Positions 15,876 through 24,486 of a stretch of DNA of 48,965 nucleotides are shown one piece after another. Numbering within the stretch: the stretch's first letter is position 1; each line of letters opens with the position of its first letter. The DNA is from a virus (taxonomy: Duplodnaviria > Caudoviricetes), in the IMG/VR virus record IMGVR_UViG_3300042922_000279, positions 1 to 48,965 of that record; one strand, written 5' to 3'. Position numbers and translations under genes: made by a program. The notes under the pieces are model-generated. The model saw only the letters and a list, made by a program, of their open reading frames with translations. It was not told the origin of the DNA and made no database searches.

Positions 15876-15995
15876 TCATTGTTTATTAATAATACCAAGA
15901 ATTATCAGATAAATAATTCTTACTTGATCATCATTAGCTTTTTCTAATAATTTTTGCATTTTGCTGATCGTTTCTTCTCTTGTGTCTTTCTTCAA
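15876..15995 (-). CDS. 39-aa LexA-controlled peptide, candidate antirepressor (not in ORF track)
   Basis: TTG start, RBS GGGGTG; MKKDTREETISKMQKLLEKANDDQVRIIYLIILGIINKQ; convergent with cI. Confidence 0.7.
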   Translation of the reverse strand: MKKDTREETISKMQKLLEKANDDQVRIIYLIILGIINKQ

Positions 15996-16040
15996 ATAAT
16001 CACCCCAATAATGTTATTTTTTCCGAAATCCCTTAGTTAC

Positions 16041-16069
16041 ATTATAGAACGTTTGTTTGTGTTTTTCAA
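16041..16069 (-). promoter_or_regulatory. SigA promoter with LexA box
   Basis: TTGAAA-17-TATAAT; AGAACGTTTGTTTG at 16046-59 is 13/14 identical to the box at 5893-5906 and in the same position relative to -10. Confidence 0.75.
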
Positions 16070-16258
16070 TATATTATTATGTATATGTTAAATATTGTAC
16101 ACCCATTTATAAAAAATGAAAATCTTTACATTTTCTTATATAACTATTTCGCTAAACTTTCGGTAATTATTTCAAAATAATATATATTGAGTTTTATTTT
16201 GTAATAAGCTATTATATTTTCAATGGAGTAATTTTACTTATTTAAAAGGAGTAGAGAG

Positions 16259-16870
16259 ATGAAAAGTCGGATGTTATTATTTTTAGGTATTTTTACTGTA
16301 ATTTCCTTCACATCCTGTTCCAACAAATCGACTCAGGATAATTATGTTTCTAACGCTTCTTTAGAATATTCTCCTATAGAAGTTCCAATCGAATTTGATA
16401 ATACTAATGTTAACTATGCAGATATTGACTCCGTTCCTGATTCAGACGGATTGTTATTAGCTGTAAATGAAGCACTCAATGATATTGAATTCGAAGCGGT
16501 CATTGGTTTTGATGAAATCAGCGTAAAAGACGATGGAATACAAGTCAAAGCCGATATAATAATCAAGAATGACTATGAAGATTTTTCCATATCATGTATG
16601 TATTTATCAATAATGTCTAATCCTAAATGGGAAGTTATTTTAATTAATAATACTGATAACGAAAACATAAAGTCTTTTTGGGCATATGAAGATATAAGAA
16701 AAAATGTAGACATATACGATTACAAGACAGGTGATTTGATTTCTGGTAAAACTGAAGAATTTAAGTCACTTGATGAGCAACAAAAAGATTTTGAAGAAAA
16801 GCTTGATAGTCTTTCAGACGAATTCGATAGTAATTTAGAAAGTCTGAAACAAGAATATAACTTACAATAA
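16259..16870 (+). CDS. Lipoprotein, possible superinfection exclusion
   Basis: Signal peptide with lipobox FTS-C; acidic; lies between cI and int. Confidence 0.7.
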   Translation: MKSRMLLFLGIFTVISFTSCSNKSTQDNYVSNASLEYSPIEVPIEFDNTNVNYADIDSVPDSDGLLLAVNEALNDIEFEAVIGFDEISVKDDGIQVKADIIIKNDYEDFSISCMYLSIMSNPKWEVILINNTDNENIKSFWAYEDIRKNVDIYDYKTGDLISGKTEEFKSLDEQQKDFEEKLDSLSDEFDSNLESLKQEYNLQ

Positions 16871-16968
16871 AAAACGCCCCTGCTATGAACAGGAGCGTCA
16901 GACGATATTCAGCTGGAGCTAAGATATCGTCTTTACTATATTATATACTACGCTCTGGTGATTTTCAA
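16869..16968 (-). ncRNA. Antisense RNA unit in the integrase leader
   Basis: TTGAAA(16968-63)-17-TATAAT(16945-40); terminator GACGCTCCTG..CAGGGGCGTTTTTT. Confidence 0.6.
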
Positions 16969-17001
16969 CCAGAGCTTTTAATTTTTAGGAGGTATGTTAC
17001 T

Positions 17002-18621
17002 ATGGCTAATAATTACACTTTTCCAATAGGTGAATATGGAGCTTATCTGCGTAAGTCTCGTAAGGATGCTGAAGCAGAGTCCCATGGAGAAGGCGAGACT
17101 CTGAAGCGTCATGAGGACATATTGACCAAACTTGCAAGTAGTTATGGATTATCCATTCCTGAAGAATATATCTTTCGCGAAGTAGTATCCGGTGAGACGA
17201 TTGAAGCTCGCCCTGAGATGCAGCGATTACTTGCTTTGGTAAATGAGGGAAAACTTAAGGGTGTGCTTGTAATAGAAGTAGAGCGATTGGCTCGTGGTGA
17301 CACTTCGGATCAAGGAGTGGTTGCGAAAACCTTCAAATTCAACAGTACTCTTATCATTACTCCTTCTAAGGTTTTTAATCCGGATGACGAAGCGGATGAA
17401 GAATATTTTGAATTTGGATTATTTATGAGTCGCAGGGAATATAAGACGATAACCAGAAGACTCCAAACCGGACGGCTCAAGGCTGCTTCAGAAGGTTTAT
17501 ATCTAGCCTCAGTGCCTCCTTATGGATACGAGAAGATCAAGATTAGCAATAACAAAGGATATACACTTAATCCGATACCGGATCAGGCAAATGTTGTTAA
17601 GACTATCTATGATTTATATTTATCTGGTATTCCTACAGATAATGGAGTTATTACAAGACTAGGACCCACCAAAATAGCAAATAGACTCAACGAATTAGGT
17701 ATCAAGCCATTGATCAGCTCTGAGTGGACCAAGTCCAGTATATCTGACATATTGCGAAATCCTGTGTATGCAGGTAAGTTAAGATGGGGATACAAAAAAG
17801 AAAATAAATACTTAGTGAATGGCCAAGTAAAAAAGCACCGCAAAAAAGGCGATAGACATTCTTACGTGGACGGAGTTCATCCGGCCATTATTCCTTTGGA
17901 GATGTATGAAGCTGCTCAGAATATTATGAAGACACGTAGTCATGCTTCCGTACCTAGTTCTACCACTCTTATGAACCCTCTTGCCGGACTTGTATATTGC
18001 GGTAAGTGCGAACGCATGATGACTAGGCTTTCCAAAAATAATAAAACACCCTATGATACTTTAAAGTGCATGAATACTAAGTGTGATAATGTCTCCTCTC
18101 CTCTTTATTTGGTGGAGGATGTGATTCTGCAGTCTATGAAAGTATGGCTTGGCGAATTTAAAACCAATTGGAATATCGAAAAGATTGACAATCCCTACTC
18201 TGATCTCCTTGTAACAACTCAGACTGCTATAGACCAGATACAATCGGACATCAATAAATTGTCTGTCCAACGTGATCGGTTACATGATCTCCTGGAGCAG
18301 GGTATATATTCACCTGACATCTATGTACAGCGTAATAGAAAATTAACCGCCGAGTTAGAGTCACTTGAGAAACTTATGAATAAGAATAAATGTGAGTTGG
18401 ATCATCTGAGGAGTCAGGCATCCTATAATGATATCTATATCCCTAAAGCTGAATTCCTATTGAGTGAATATAACAATATGGAAAGTGCTACAATGAAGAA
18501 TGATGCACTAAAAGAGCTTATTGATCGAATAACCTACACGAAAAACGAACCCAACAAGAAAGGAAACCGTGATAATAAAAACTTTGAAATCCTTATAGAT
18601 CCTAAGATTGTTAGGTTTTAA
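17002..18621 (+). CDS. int: Large serine recombinase (integrase)
   Basis: YLRKS catalytic Ser, EVVSG..RPEM, ERLARG, PPYGY, recombinase domain, CGKC zinc ribbon, coiled coil; RBS AGGAGG before ATG 17002. Confidence 0.95.
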   Translation: MANNYTFPIGEYGAYLRKSRKDAEAESHGEGETLKRHEDILTKLASSYGLSIPEEYIFREVVSGETIEARPEMQRLLALVNEGKLKGVLVIEVERLARGDTSDQGVVAKTFKFNSTLIITPSKVFNPDDEADEEYFEFGLFMSRREYKTITRRLQTGRLKAASEGLYLASVPPYGYEKIKISNNKGYTLNPIPDQANVVKTIYDLYLSGIPTDNGVITRLGPTKIANRLNELGIKPLISSEWTKSSISDILRNPVYAGKLRWGYKKENKYLVNGQVKKHRKKGDRHSYVDGVHPAIIPLEMYEAAQNIMKTRSHASVPSSTTLMNPLAGLVYCGKCERMMTRLSKNNKTPYDTLKCMNTKCDNVSSPLYLVEDVILQSMKVWLGEFKTNWNIEKIDNPYSDLLVTTQTAIDQIQSDINKLSVQRDRLHDLLEQGIYSPDIYVQRNRKLTAELESLEKLMNKNKCELDHLRSQASYNDIYIPKAEFLLSEYNNMESATMKNDALKELIDRITYTKNEPNKKGNRDNKNFEILIDPKIVRF

Positions 18622-18627
18622 ATAATC

Positions 18628-18675
18628 ACGTATGACTCGTATGGGGGTATGTATACCCCCATACGAGTCATACGT
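18628..18675. other. attP site
   Basis: Perfect 23-bp inverted repeat ACGTATGACTCGTATGGGGGTAT around a central GT, 7 bp after the int stop. Confidence 0.8.
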
Positions 18676-18775
18676 AATATATTCTCTACATATAAGTGAC
18701 ATCTTTTAATACTATTTATAATAGTTTAGGCACTTTAGATCAAAGCTTTGATCTGCCATCCTAATAGCTAAATTC

Positions 18776-19261
18776 TTAACACCCAGGACTATTTGCTGCA
18801 CCGCTTACACTGTATTTAAATGTATCATACATGACTTTAGGTTTGGCCATATGTTTAACAACGGTCTCCATTGGTATATTGTATTTTTGTGATAATTCCG
18901 CAATTTTAGTGATCGCCATATCAATCTTATAATCGTCCAAGCGCTTTAATCCTAGTCTAATATTGCACCCGTCTTTTTGTAATTCGCAAAGTGTACTTTG
19001 TTCTTCCTTGCTTAAATCTTCTAATTGTTTAATTAACGTATTTAGTGCGTAAATGTTTATGTTCTGTTTATTAGTATACTCAAATTCCTCTAAGTCCACC
19101 CCATGATAAGTCGATATCATTTGTACGACAGTCCAATTCCCATATAAATCATTGAGTTTGCTATATACCTTGCGTAGCTTCATTCTTGTCAATGGTAATT
19201 TAACCCATGTTCCGTCTTGATTATTATCCGTGTCCGTACTGGTTAAAAACACTATGAACAT
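18776..19261 (-). CDS. ArdA-like protein (N-terminal and middle domains only)
   Basis: GTWVKLP and NIYALNTLIKQLEDLSKEEQ...LKRLDDY recall ArdA; charge is roughly neutral. Confidence 0.5.
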   Translation of the reverse strand: MFIVFLTSTDTDNNQDGTWVKLPLTRMKLRKVYSKLNDLYGNWTVVQMISTYHGVDLEEFEYTNKQNINIYALNTLIKQLEDLSKEEQSTLCELQKDGCNIRLGLKRLDDYKIDMAITKIAELSQKYNIPMETVVKHMAKPKVMYDTFKYSVSGAANSPGC

Positions 19262-19320
19262 TCAACGTCCTCTCTTTCATTCAGTGTAGTCCCTTATAGA
19301 AAAATCTTCATTTTGGTATT

Positions 19321-21615
19321 TTATAGTGGTTTTGGAAGCTTAGTCACGAATTTAGCTCTTCCATCCTCATAGTTAATAATATTCAGACTGCTATACTGCG
19401 GAAGTGCTTCCAAGTCTTCTAAGGTGTAGGGTGCCATCTCATCTTTTAGTTCGTTGAAATTGGCGCGTCCGGAACCCTTCAAGAGCATATATGATGCTCC
19501 GGCACTCTTTAGGGTTTGATTAATCAGGTCGATTTGACCTAGATATTGACAGCTAAAAACAAATTTACAACCAAACTTTCTTGTTTGTGGAAGAGTTTCC
19601 TGAGTTTTCAACATTTTCATGGCTGTTTTCGCTTGAAAGATTTCATCGACCAGTACATGGAATCTCTTAGGTTGGAGTTCTCGACTTCCTCTAACTAATT
19701 GAGCTGCCCATATCTTTGTTAATAAATAGGTTACAATTACATTTTTGGAGTATGAGGTGGCGAAGTACTCTTGCGGCATCTTTACCAATATTATCTTTCC
19801 TTTATTCATGGCATCCACTAGATTGATATTCTCGGAACAATCTCTATTGAACATCATTTTCAATCGGAGGTCTTTCCGCAGCAAATTAATCCTATGGTTT
19901 ATGCCGTCTATTTTTGACATTCTAGTGCCGATTACATTGCCTTTGCTGTCTAATTCGTCCAACTCATTTAATGCGCATATTTCGTCACTTAGAGAGTCGC
20001 GGAGAGTATCCGGAACATCACCAATACATTGTCTTCTGAACGAGTGGTCATTGAGACATCGCACCACATCTTTAAGGCTTGCGTTGTTGTTTAAAAACAC
20101 AACATTTGTAGCTCCGGTTAAATATCTATCCATACTAGTGCTGAGCTGATCGTCTGGTCGCCCGGTATCATTCAGAGCATCAATCAACATTTGTATGTAA
20201 ATTGCCTTGCGATTAGCAATATCAAGCATATCAAAATCGCGTTCACTTGACGGCATCAATTCATTGTACCCTATCCCTTGTGCGTTCCGAGTATCCGATA
20301 AATCCAACTCAATCAACCTACTTGACGGTACGACCTTTTTAATTGTTTCTGACAACTCACAATTCTTGATAAAATCAATAACCATTGCGCCTTCATCTCT
20401 TTTTTGGATGCAATCTACATAATTACTCATGCAGGTGGTTTTACCGGATCCTTGTTCACCAATTAAAACAAAAGGAAAATTACCCTGATCATAATTATCT
20501 CGATGGAATGCTTCAGTCGGATTCCCGTGATAATTAGATATCCCAAGAGATATATATCCACTTTGTAATTTTATAGGAACCTCAGTCTCTAATACACTTG
20601 TATGTTCTATTGTTTTATATTCATCCAATATTTCTCTTCCTGGTAGTGATAAGCAACTTTGTGCTTCTCCTGTCTGCATCATCATAATACTAACCCCCTT
20701 TGCGTTTGTGTCGAGAATGCTATAGTTCTTATTGCTATACTTTCTGTAGGTGATAGAGTTTCCGTTATCGCTGTCAAGACACTGGAAACTCTGACACACA
20801 CTTAATGCGTTGCTGTATTCTCTGGATTTATTAGGACTCTCTGAAAAACATAATATCTGTGCCTTGACTATGGTTGCGTCTCGCTTACTTATGGTTTCCT
20901 TGGTAAGATATAAGTCTTTGAGTGGTTTTTCTATTTGAGGTCTGCCGAGGTTAACGGTATCTAACGCCATATCCAAACAACTCGCAACCAACAACCAGAA
21001 CTTCCTAAAAACATACATCAAATCTAGTTTATTTTTATTAATCGGTTCGTCGTGCTTCAGCTTAACAATGGTCCGATCATACTTAACTCTCCAAGTTTTC
21101 TGATTGGTCGGCATGAAATTATATAACACTCCAACCTTATCGCCGGACTCCATGACATGAAGAGTAGTTAATAGACTATTAAGCAATGCATTGTTCCGCT
21201 TATCACAACTCAGGCTCATTGCGTCTTCTTTTCGATAATCCATATAGTATTTAGTGCATTCTTTATCGAATATAGGGATTTCATCAACCTCTGATATGGT
21301 TATTTTATTGCTCCATACATCAATTATTTTATCTCGGAAAGCATTGTAATGAGTTTCCGGTACGATAAAGTAAAACTGAACATTTGATTTTTCCATATAA
21401 ATATAGTAACTAACCTTTGCGGAGCATTCGAAAAACAGCTTTTTATTTATGGTTCGTATCTGCTTATCAATGTCACGATACAGTCCGGCAACCAGAGATA
21501 TAATTTTGTCTGAGTTATAATTACGGATACTGTTTGACGGCACAAGTTTTAAATATAGGTATTTTGGTTGTTTAAACTCTATGTAATCTGATATTTTAAT
21601 TGCCCACTCTTTCAT
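19321..21615 (-). CDS. FtsK-HerA superfamily (VirB4/VirD4/HerA-like) ATPase, 764 aa
   Basis: Walker A GEQGSGKT, VIDF, Walker B VLVDE, RKFG..FSCQYLGQ; start MKEWAIK overlaps the upstream stop. Confidence 0.85.
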   Translation of the reverse strand: MKEWAIKISDYIEFKQPKYLYLKLVPSNSIRNYNSDKIISLVAGLYRDIDKQIRTINKKLFFECSAKVSYYIYMEKSNVQFYFIVPETHYNAFRDKIIDVWSNKITISEVDEIPIFDKECTKYYMDYRKEDAMSLSCDKRNNALLNSLLTTLHVMESGDKVGVLYNFMPTNQKTWRVKYDRTIVKLKHDEPINKNKLDLMYVFRKFWLLVASCLDMALDTVNLGRPQIEKPLKDLYLTKETISKRDATIVKAQILCFSESPNKSREYSNALSVCQSFQCLDSDNGNSITYRKYSNKNYSILDTNAKGVSIMMMQTGEAQSCLSLPGREILDEYKTIEHTSVLETEVPIKLQSGYISLGISNYHGNPTEAFHRDNYDQGNFPFVLIGEQGSGKTTCMSNYVDCIQKRDEGAMVIDFIKNCELSETIKKVVPSSRLIELDLSDTRNAQGIGYNELMPSSERDFDMLDIANRKAIYIQMLIDALNDTGRPDDQLSTSMDRYLTGATNVVFLNNNASLKDVVRCLNDHSFRRQCIGDVPDTLRDSLSDEICALNELDELDSKGNVIGTRMSKIDGINHRINLLRKDLRLKMMFNRDCSENINLVDAMNKGKIILVKMPQEYFATSYSKNVIVTYLLTKIWAAQLVRGSRELQPKRFHVLVDEIFQAKTAMKMLKTQETLPQTRKFGCKFVFSCQYLGQIDLINQTLKSAGASYMLLKGSGRANFNELKDEMAPYTLEDLEALPQYSSLNIINYEDGRAKFVTKLPKPL

Positions 21616-21914
21616 CCAACAACACCCCTTAGAGATATCCAAAATATAAAAATAATTCCCCATTTTAATCCGGATGCAATGTATTTTTTGTCAAGACTGC
21701 AATAGTAAATTATCACGCATGAGATAATTATGAATTTACTTCCCCATTCCATAAATGGGTTCAACACATCGAATAATTCTCTTACAAGATACACGATGCC
21801 GTCAACGATCCAACCGTATTCCTCTTTACCGCCAGAGGTTGCGCTATTCAAATATGGATTTTCTGGTGGAATAGTCGGAAGAGCCGACGCTATAAAATTG
21901 TTTACCACATTCAT
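21612..21914 (-). CDS. Small membrane protein
   Basis: Two C-terminal hydrophobic helices; translationally coupled to the ATPase. Confidence 0.75.
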   Translation of the reverse strand: MNVVNNFIASALPTIPPENPYLNSATSGGKEEYGWIVDGIVYLVRELFDVLNPFMEWGSKFIIISCVIIYYCSLDKKYIASGLKWGIIFIFWISLRGVVG

Positions 21915-21925
21915 GATCACACCCC

Positions 21926-22099
21926 CTAGAATATTAAATCTAATATAAATTTCAGCAATAACTGTATAAGATTTAACGACACGGTTAAAATAAATGATAT
22001 AGCAAGAGCTATTAAGTTTTTACCTTTCATCTCGAATTTATTAATATAAATTCTCGTACCAACCGTAACAATTGCAAGCATCACTACAAAATTTAACAT
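21926..22099 (-). CDS. 57-aa 2-TM protein (not in ORF track)
   Basis: RBS AGGAGG; MLNFVVMLAIVTVGTRIYINKFEMKGKNLIALAISFILTVSLNLIQLLLKFILDLIF. Confidence 0.75.
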   Translation of the reverse strand: MLNFVVMLAIVTVGTRIYINKFEMKGKNLIALAISFILTVSLNLIQLLLKFILDLIF

Positions 22100-22110
22100 A
22101 TCCAATCCTC

Positions 22111-22341
22111 CTATTTGAATGAACCCTCAACAGCTCCTTGAACCATATTAAGAAAATAAACAATTGAATATAAACACCCATACCCAAGACATCCACTTCC
22201 GATAGCCTTTAACGCTCCCTGGATATCACTATCATTTCCTCTTTTGATTGCGTCGGATGCCATACGAAAAGCATAAACCCATTTTGCGATTTCACAGAAT
22301 TTATAAAAGAAAGTTTCAAATACTTCATTTAAATGTTCCAT
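22111..22341 (-). CDS. Small membrane protein, VirB2/pilin-like helical hairpin
   Basis: 76 aa; amphipathic helix, GNDSD loop, hydrophobic helix; RBS AAGGAG. Confidence 0.65.
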   Translation of the reverse strand: MEHLNEVFETFFYKFCEIAKWVYAFRMASDAIKRGNDSDIQGALKAIGSGCLGYGCLYSIVYFLNMVQGAVEGSFK

Positions 22342-22364
22342 ATAATTAACGCTCCCTTCAATTA

Positions 22365-22520
22365 TTATAATAATTTGCTAACAATATGAATTGCGGCATA
22401 AAGTGCAGCACCACCGAAAAGACTTAATAGTATTTTCTTAATACTTGCTTTATATGCAAAGTAAACTACCAAAACCGCCATTATCATGGCAATAATCCAA
22501 TAACTAATATCTACAAACAT
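22365..22520 (-). CDS. 51-aa 2-TM protein
   Basis: Start MFVDISYW with RBS AAAGGAG. Confidence 0.75.
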   Translation of the reverse strand: MFVDISYWIIAMIMAVLVVYFAYKASIKKILLSLFGGAALYAAIHIVSKLL

Positions 22521-22665
22521 ATATACATACTCCTTTCGAACCGAGGTGATAATTAATGAGTTATGTTGCATTGACAGTAATATTTATCGGCATACGTGTT
22601 TTCGGATTTATTTTAGGATATTAGTCGATTTAATAAAGTTTTAAGAATTGGTACAAGACGTACAT

Positions 22666-22788
22666 GCATCTTTTCACAATCTGGCGCATACGCTGTTGTA
22701 AAGCGCAAGCGTAGCAGTCCTCTGCGAGCTGAAGTGCACAACTGCTGATTGGAATAATTGCACCCTGAAATATGGGTGTATTTTGTTT
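22666..22788 (+). ncRNA. SigE-type promoter driving a short antisense RNA
   Basis: GCATCTT-N14-CATACGCT (22666-94); hairpin AGCAGT/ACTGCT; terminator TGCACCC..GGGTGTA-TTTTGTTT. Confidence 0.5.
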
Positions 22789-22889
22789 GAAATTATTGTA
22801 AATTATGTTATAATAATCATAGCTGATTTTGTATTGGCTGATATTAACCCTGTGCGTCTACCGTCCAAAGTGCCGCATGGGGTTATTTT
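22787..22889 (+). ncRNA. SigA-type promoter driving a second antisense RNA
   Basis: TTGAAA-16-(TG)TATAAT; terminator TAACCCTGTGCG..CGCATGGGGTTA-TTTT with G-U pairs on +. Confidence 0.55.
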
Positions 22890-22892
22890 AAT

Positions 22893-23087
22893 TTAAAAAT
22901 CTAGTACCTTTTTCTTTTGTGAACAATCCTCTTTCGCTAATGATTTCTGGTTTCCTCGTATGTACTCTGCTAAAACATCCTTTACCCAACCACCTTTTGC
23001 TGAGTGACTCGCTATCTCTTCATAGATCCACATTTCTTCATCCTTGAATGATAGTGTCAGGGTAGTTTGTTTTTTCTTACCGGCCAT
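22893..23087 (-). CDS. ParR-like ribbon-helix-helix protein
   Basis: Beta strand TLTLSFK then two helices; overlaps the parM 3' end. Confidence 0.7.
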   Translation of the reverse strand: MAGKKKQTTLTLSFKDEEMWIYEEIASHSAKGGWVKDVLAEYIRGNQKSLAKEDCSQKKKVLDF

Positions 23088-23991
23088 AGCGCACCGCCTT
23101 TCGTGTTATGTATTTGTCGTATATAATACAACCAAGATTATAAAAACCTGTTGCATTTGCAAATTGGCTATCTTTCATTATAGTTACATCATAAAACCTT
23201 TTCTTTAGTGCATTTCCTATGATATGAATACCTCCCCCGTGCACATAGAGCGGAGTTGTGTCACAAGGATAATTCAATCTTATTTCATCTGTTATCGGTT
23301 CGAGGTAATCAAGTAGTACAGGTTTAAGGAAGCTAAGATCCTCTTCATAACCTCTAACTTTGAGTTCGTTTTTAATTAGTATTCTCTCTGCATCTCTTGG
23401 ATCTAATTTTAAATTGTACCTTAGATTAACTGCATCAATTACAGAAGAGTATAATGTTCGCATTCCTTTGTACCATGTATCATATTTCTCTATATGTGGT
23501 TCTCCGTTCACCAGCTCTATGAGAGTAATATTCCAAGTGAATCCCCCTGGATCCACAAATATAAATCTTCCGTTCATTTCATCAAGAGTATATACTGGAG
23601 CCGCTCCCTGAGGAAAAACTGATACGTCTTTGATTTGAATTTTTCTTTCGTAGCCATCATATTCAACTTTGCAGTTATTATAAGCCATCACCGACTCTAT
23701 TAGTTTATCTTTCTGTGTTTTGTGCTGGCTTATAGGCAACCCTAAGACCAAGTAAAATTCATCGTCAAGGCTCTGCACCAGGTTTAAAAGCGTGCATACT
23801 TTATTCATTTCGTCATTTGTCTTATCAACCTCTGATGTCATTTGTCCGGACCCCACATAATAGTCCAAACCATCAATTATAATGTGGTTTCCATCAGAAA
23901 GTGTCTTATCCGAATATGTATAGGCTGATTTGAAGATGTTTCTATCATTATCTTTGGTAAATGAGTAACCCACATCCAAACCTTTAACCAC
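23077..23991 (-). CDS. parM: ParM/StbA-family actin-like ATPase
   Basis: Phosphate-1 GLDVGYSFTK, LGLP, PQG, phosphate-2 VDPGGFT, adenosine HGGG, SQFANATGF. Confidence 0.9.
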   Translation of the reverse strand: MVKGLDVGYSFTKDNDRNIFKSAYTYSDKTLSDGNHIIIDGLDYYVGSGQMTSEVDKTNDEMNKVCTLLNLVQSLDDEFYLVLGLPISQHKTQKDKLIESVMAYNNCKVEYDGYERKIQIKDVSVFPQGAAPVYTLDEMNGRFIFVDPGGFTWNITLIELVNGEPHIEKYDTWYKGMRTLYSSVIDAVNLRYNLKLDPRDAERILIKNELKVRGYEEDLSFLKPVLLDYLEPITDEIRLNYPCDTTPLYVHGGGIHIIGNALKKRFYDVTIMKDSQFANATGFYNLGCIIYDKYITRKAVRYGR

Positions 23992-24002
23992 TAAATACCT
24001 CC

Positions 24003-24118
24003 AGATATAAGATATCTTTCAATATCTAACTTATGTTCTTGATATAATGTATGTGATATATACGGAAATGTTGACAGAAATTTATAAATTTTTAGATATA
24101 TATTAAAATATAAGATAA
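24003..24118 (-). promoter_or_regulatory. parM upstream region: sigK/sigE-like promoter and iterated GATAT(A) parC/operator-like motifs
   Basis: Minus AC-N16-CATACATTA (24071-24045); GATAT copies near 24004, 24011, 24041, 24055 and 24095, plus inverted ATATC at 24022. Confidence 0.55.
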
Positions 24119-24208
24119 ACGAGAATTCCCTCCTTGTCTAATAACTCGAAGGTTTAATAATAAAGATACAGTCATATATTTACTTATATAAATATCTGGG
24201 AGAATACG

Positions 24209-24415
24209 ATGTTTAGTATCCTATATTTCATTTGCGGCGTCGTGGTAAGCATAATATCTGGCCAGCTGATATACCACACTCTAAAGAATTCAAAAGATGA
24301 TGATAAGGAACCAAGTGCAGAACCAGAAAAAGAAATAGTCGAACCTAAATCTAGACCTATGTTTGAATTAGTAGGATCTGTTTTTGATAATAGACCCTCA
24401 AAAGAAAGTGCATAA
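24209..24415 (+). CDS. Small single-TM protein
   Basis: N-terminal TM, charged tail, RBS GGGAG. Confidence 0.7.
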   Translation: MFSILYFICGVVVSIISGQLIYHTLKNSKDDDKEPSAEPEKEIVEPKSRPMFELVGSVFDNRPSKESA

Positions 24416-24424
24416 ATCTTTATT

Positions 24425-24446
24425 CCCCGGCCGTTATCGACCGGGG
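24425..24446. terminator. Terminator between convergent genes
   Basis: CCCCGGCCG-ttat-CGACCGGGG. Confidence 0.65.
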
Positions 24447-24486
24447 TTCTTTGTCTCATATTGTTATGATCAACTTATGACAGTAT

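Noticed and set aside
16885-17001. N-terminal extension of the integrase in the ORF track
   Set aside because: Strong RBS precedes ATG 17002; the extension spans the regulatory hairpins
19321-23991. Independent plasmid or ICE co-assembled with the phage
   Set aside because: No separate rep, relaxase, integrase or flanking repeats; it sits in the usual lysin-attP accessory slot. Read mapping would be needed to exclude a chimera fully
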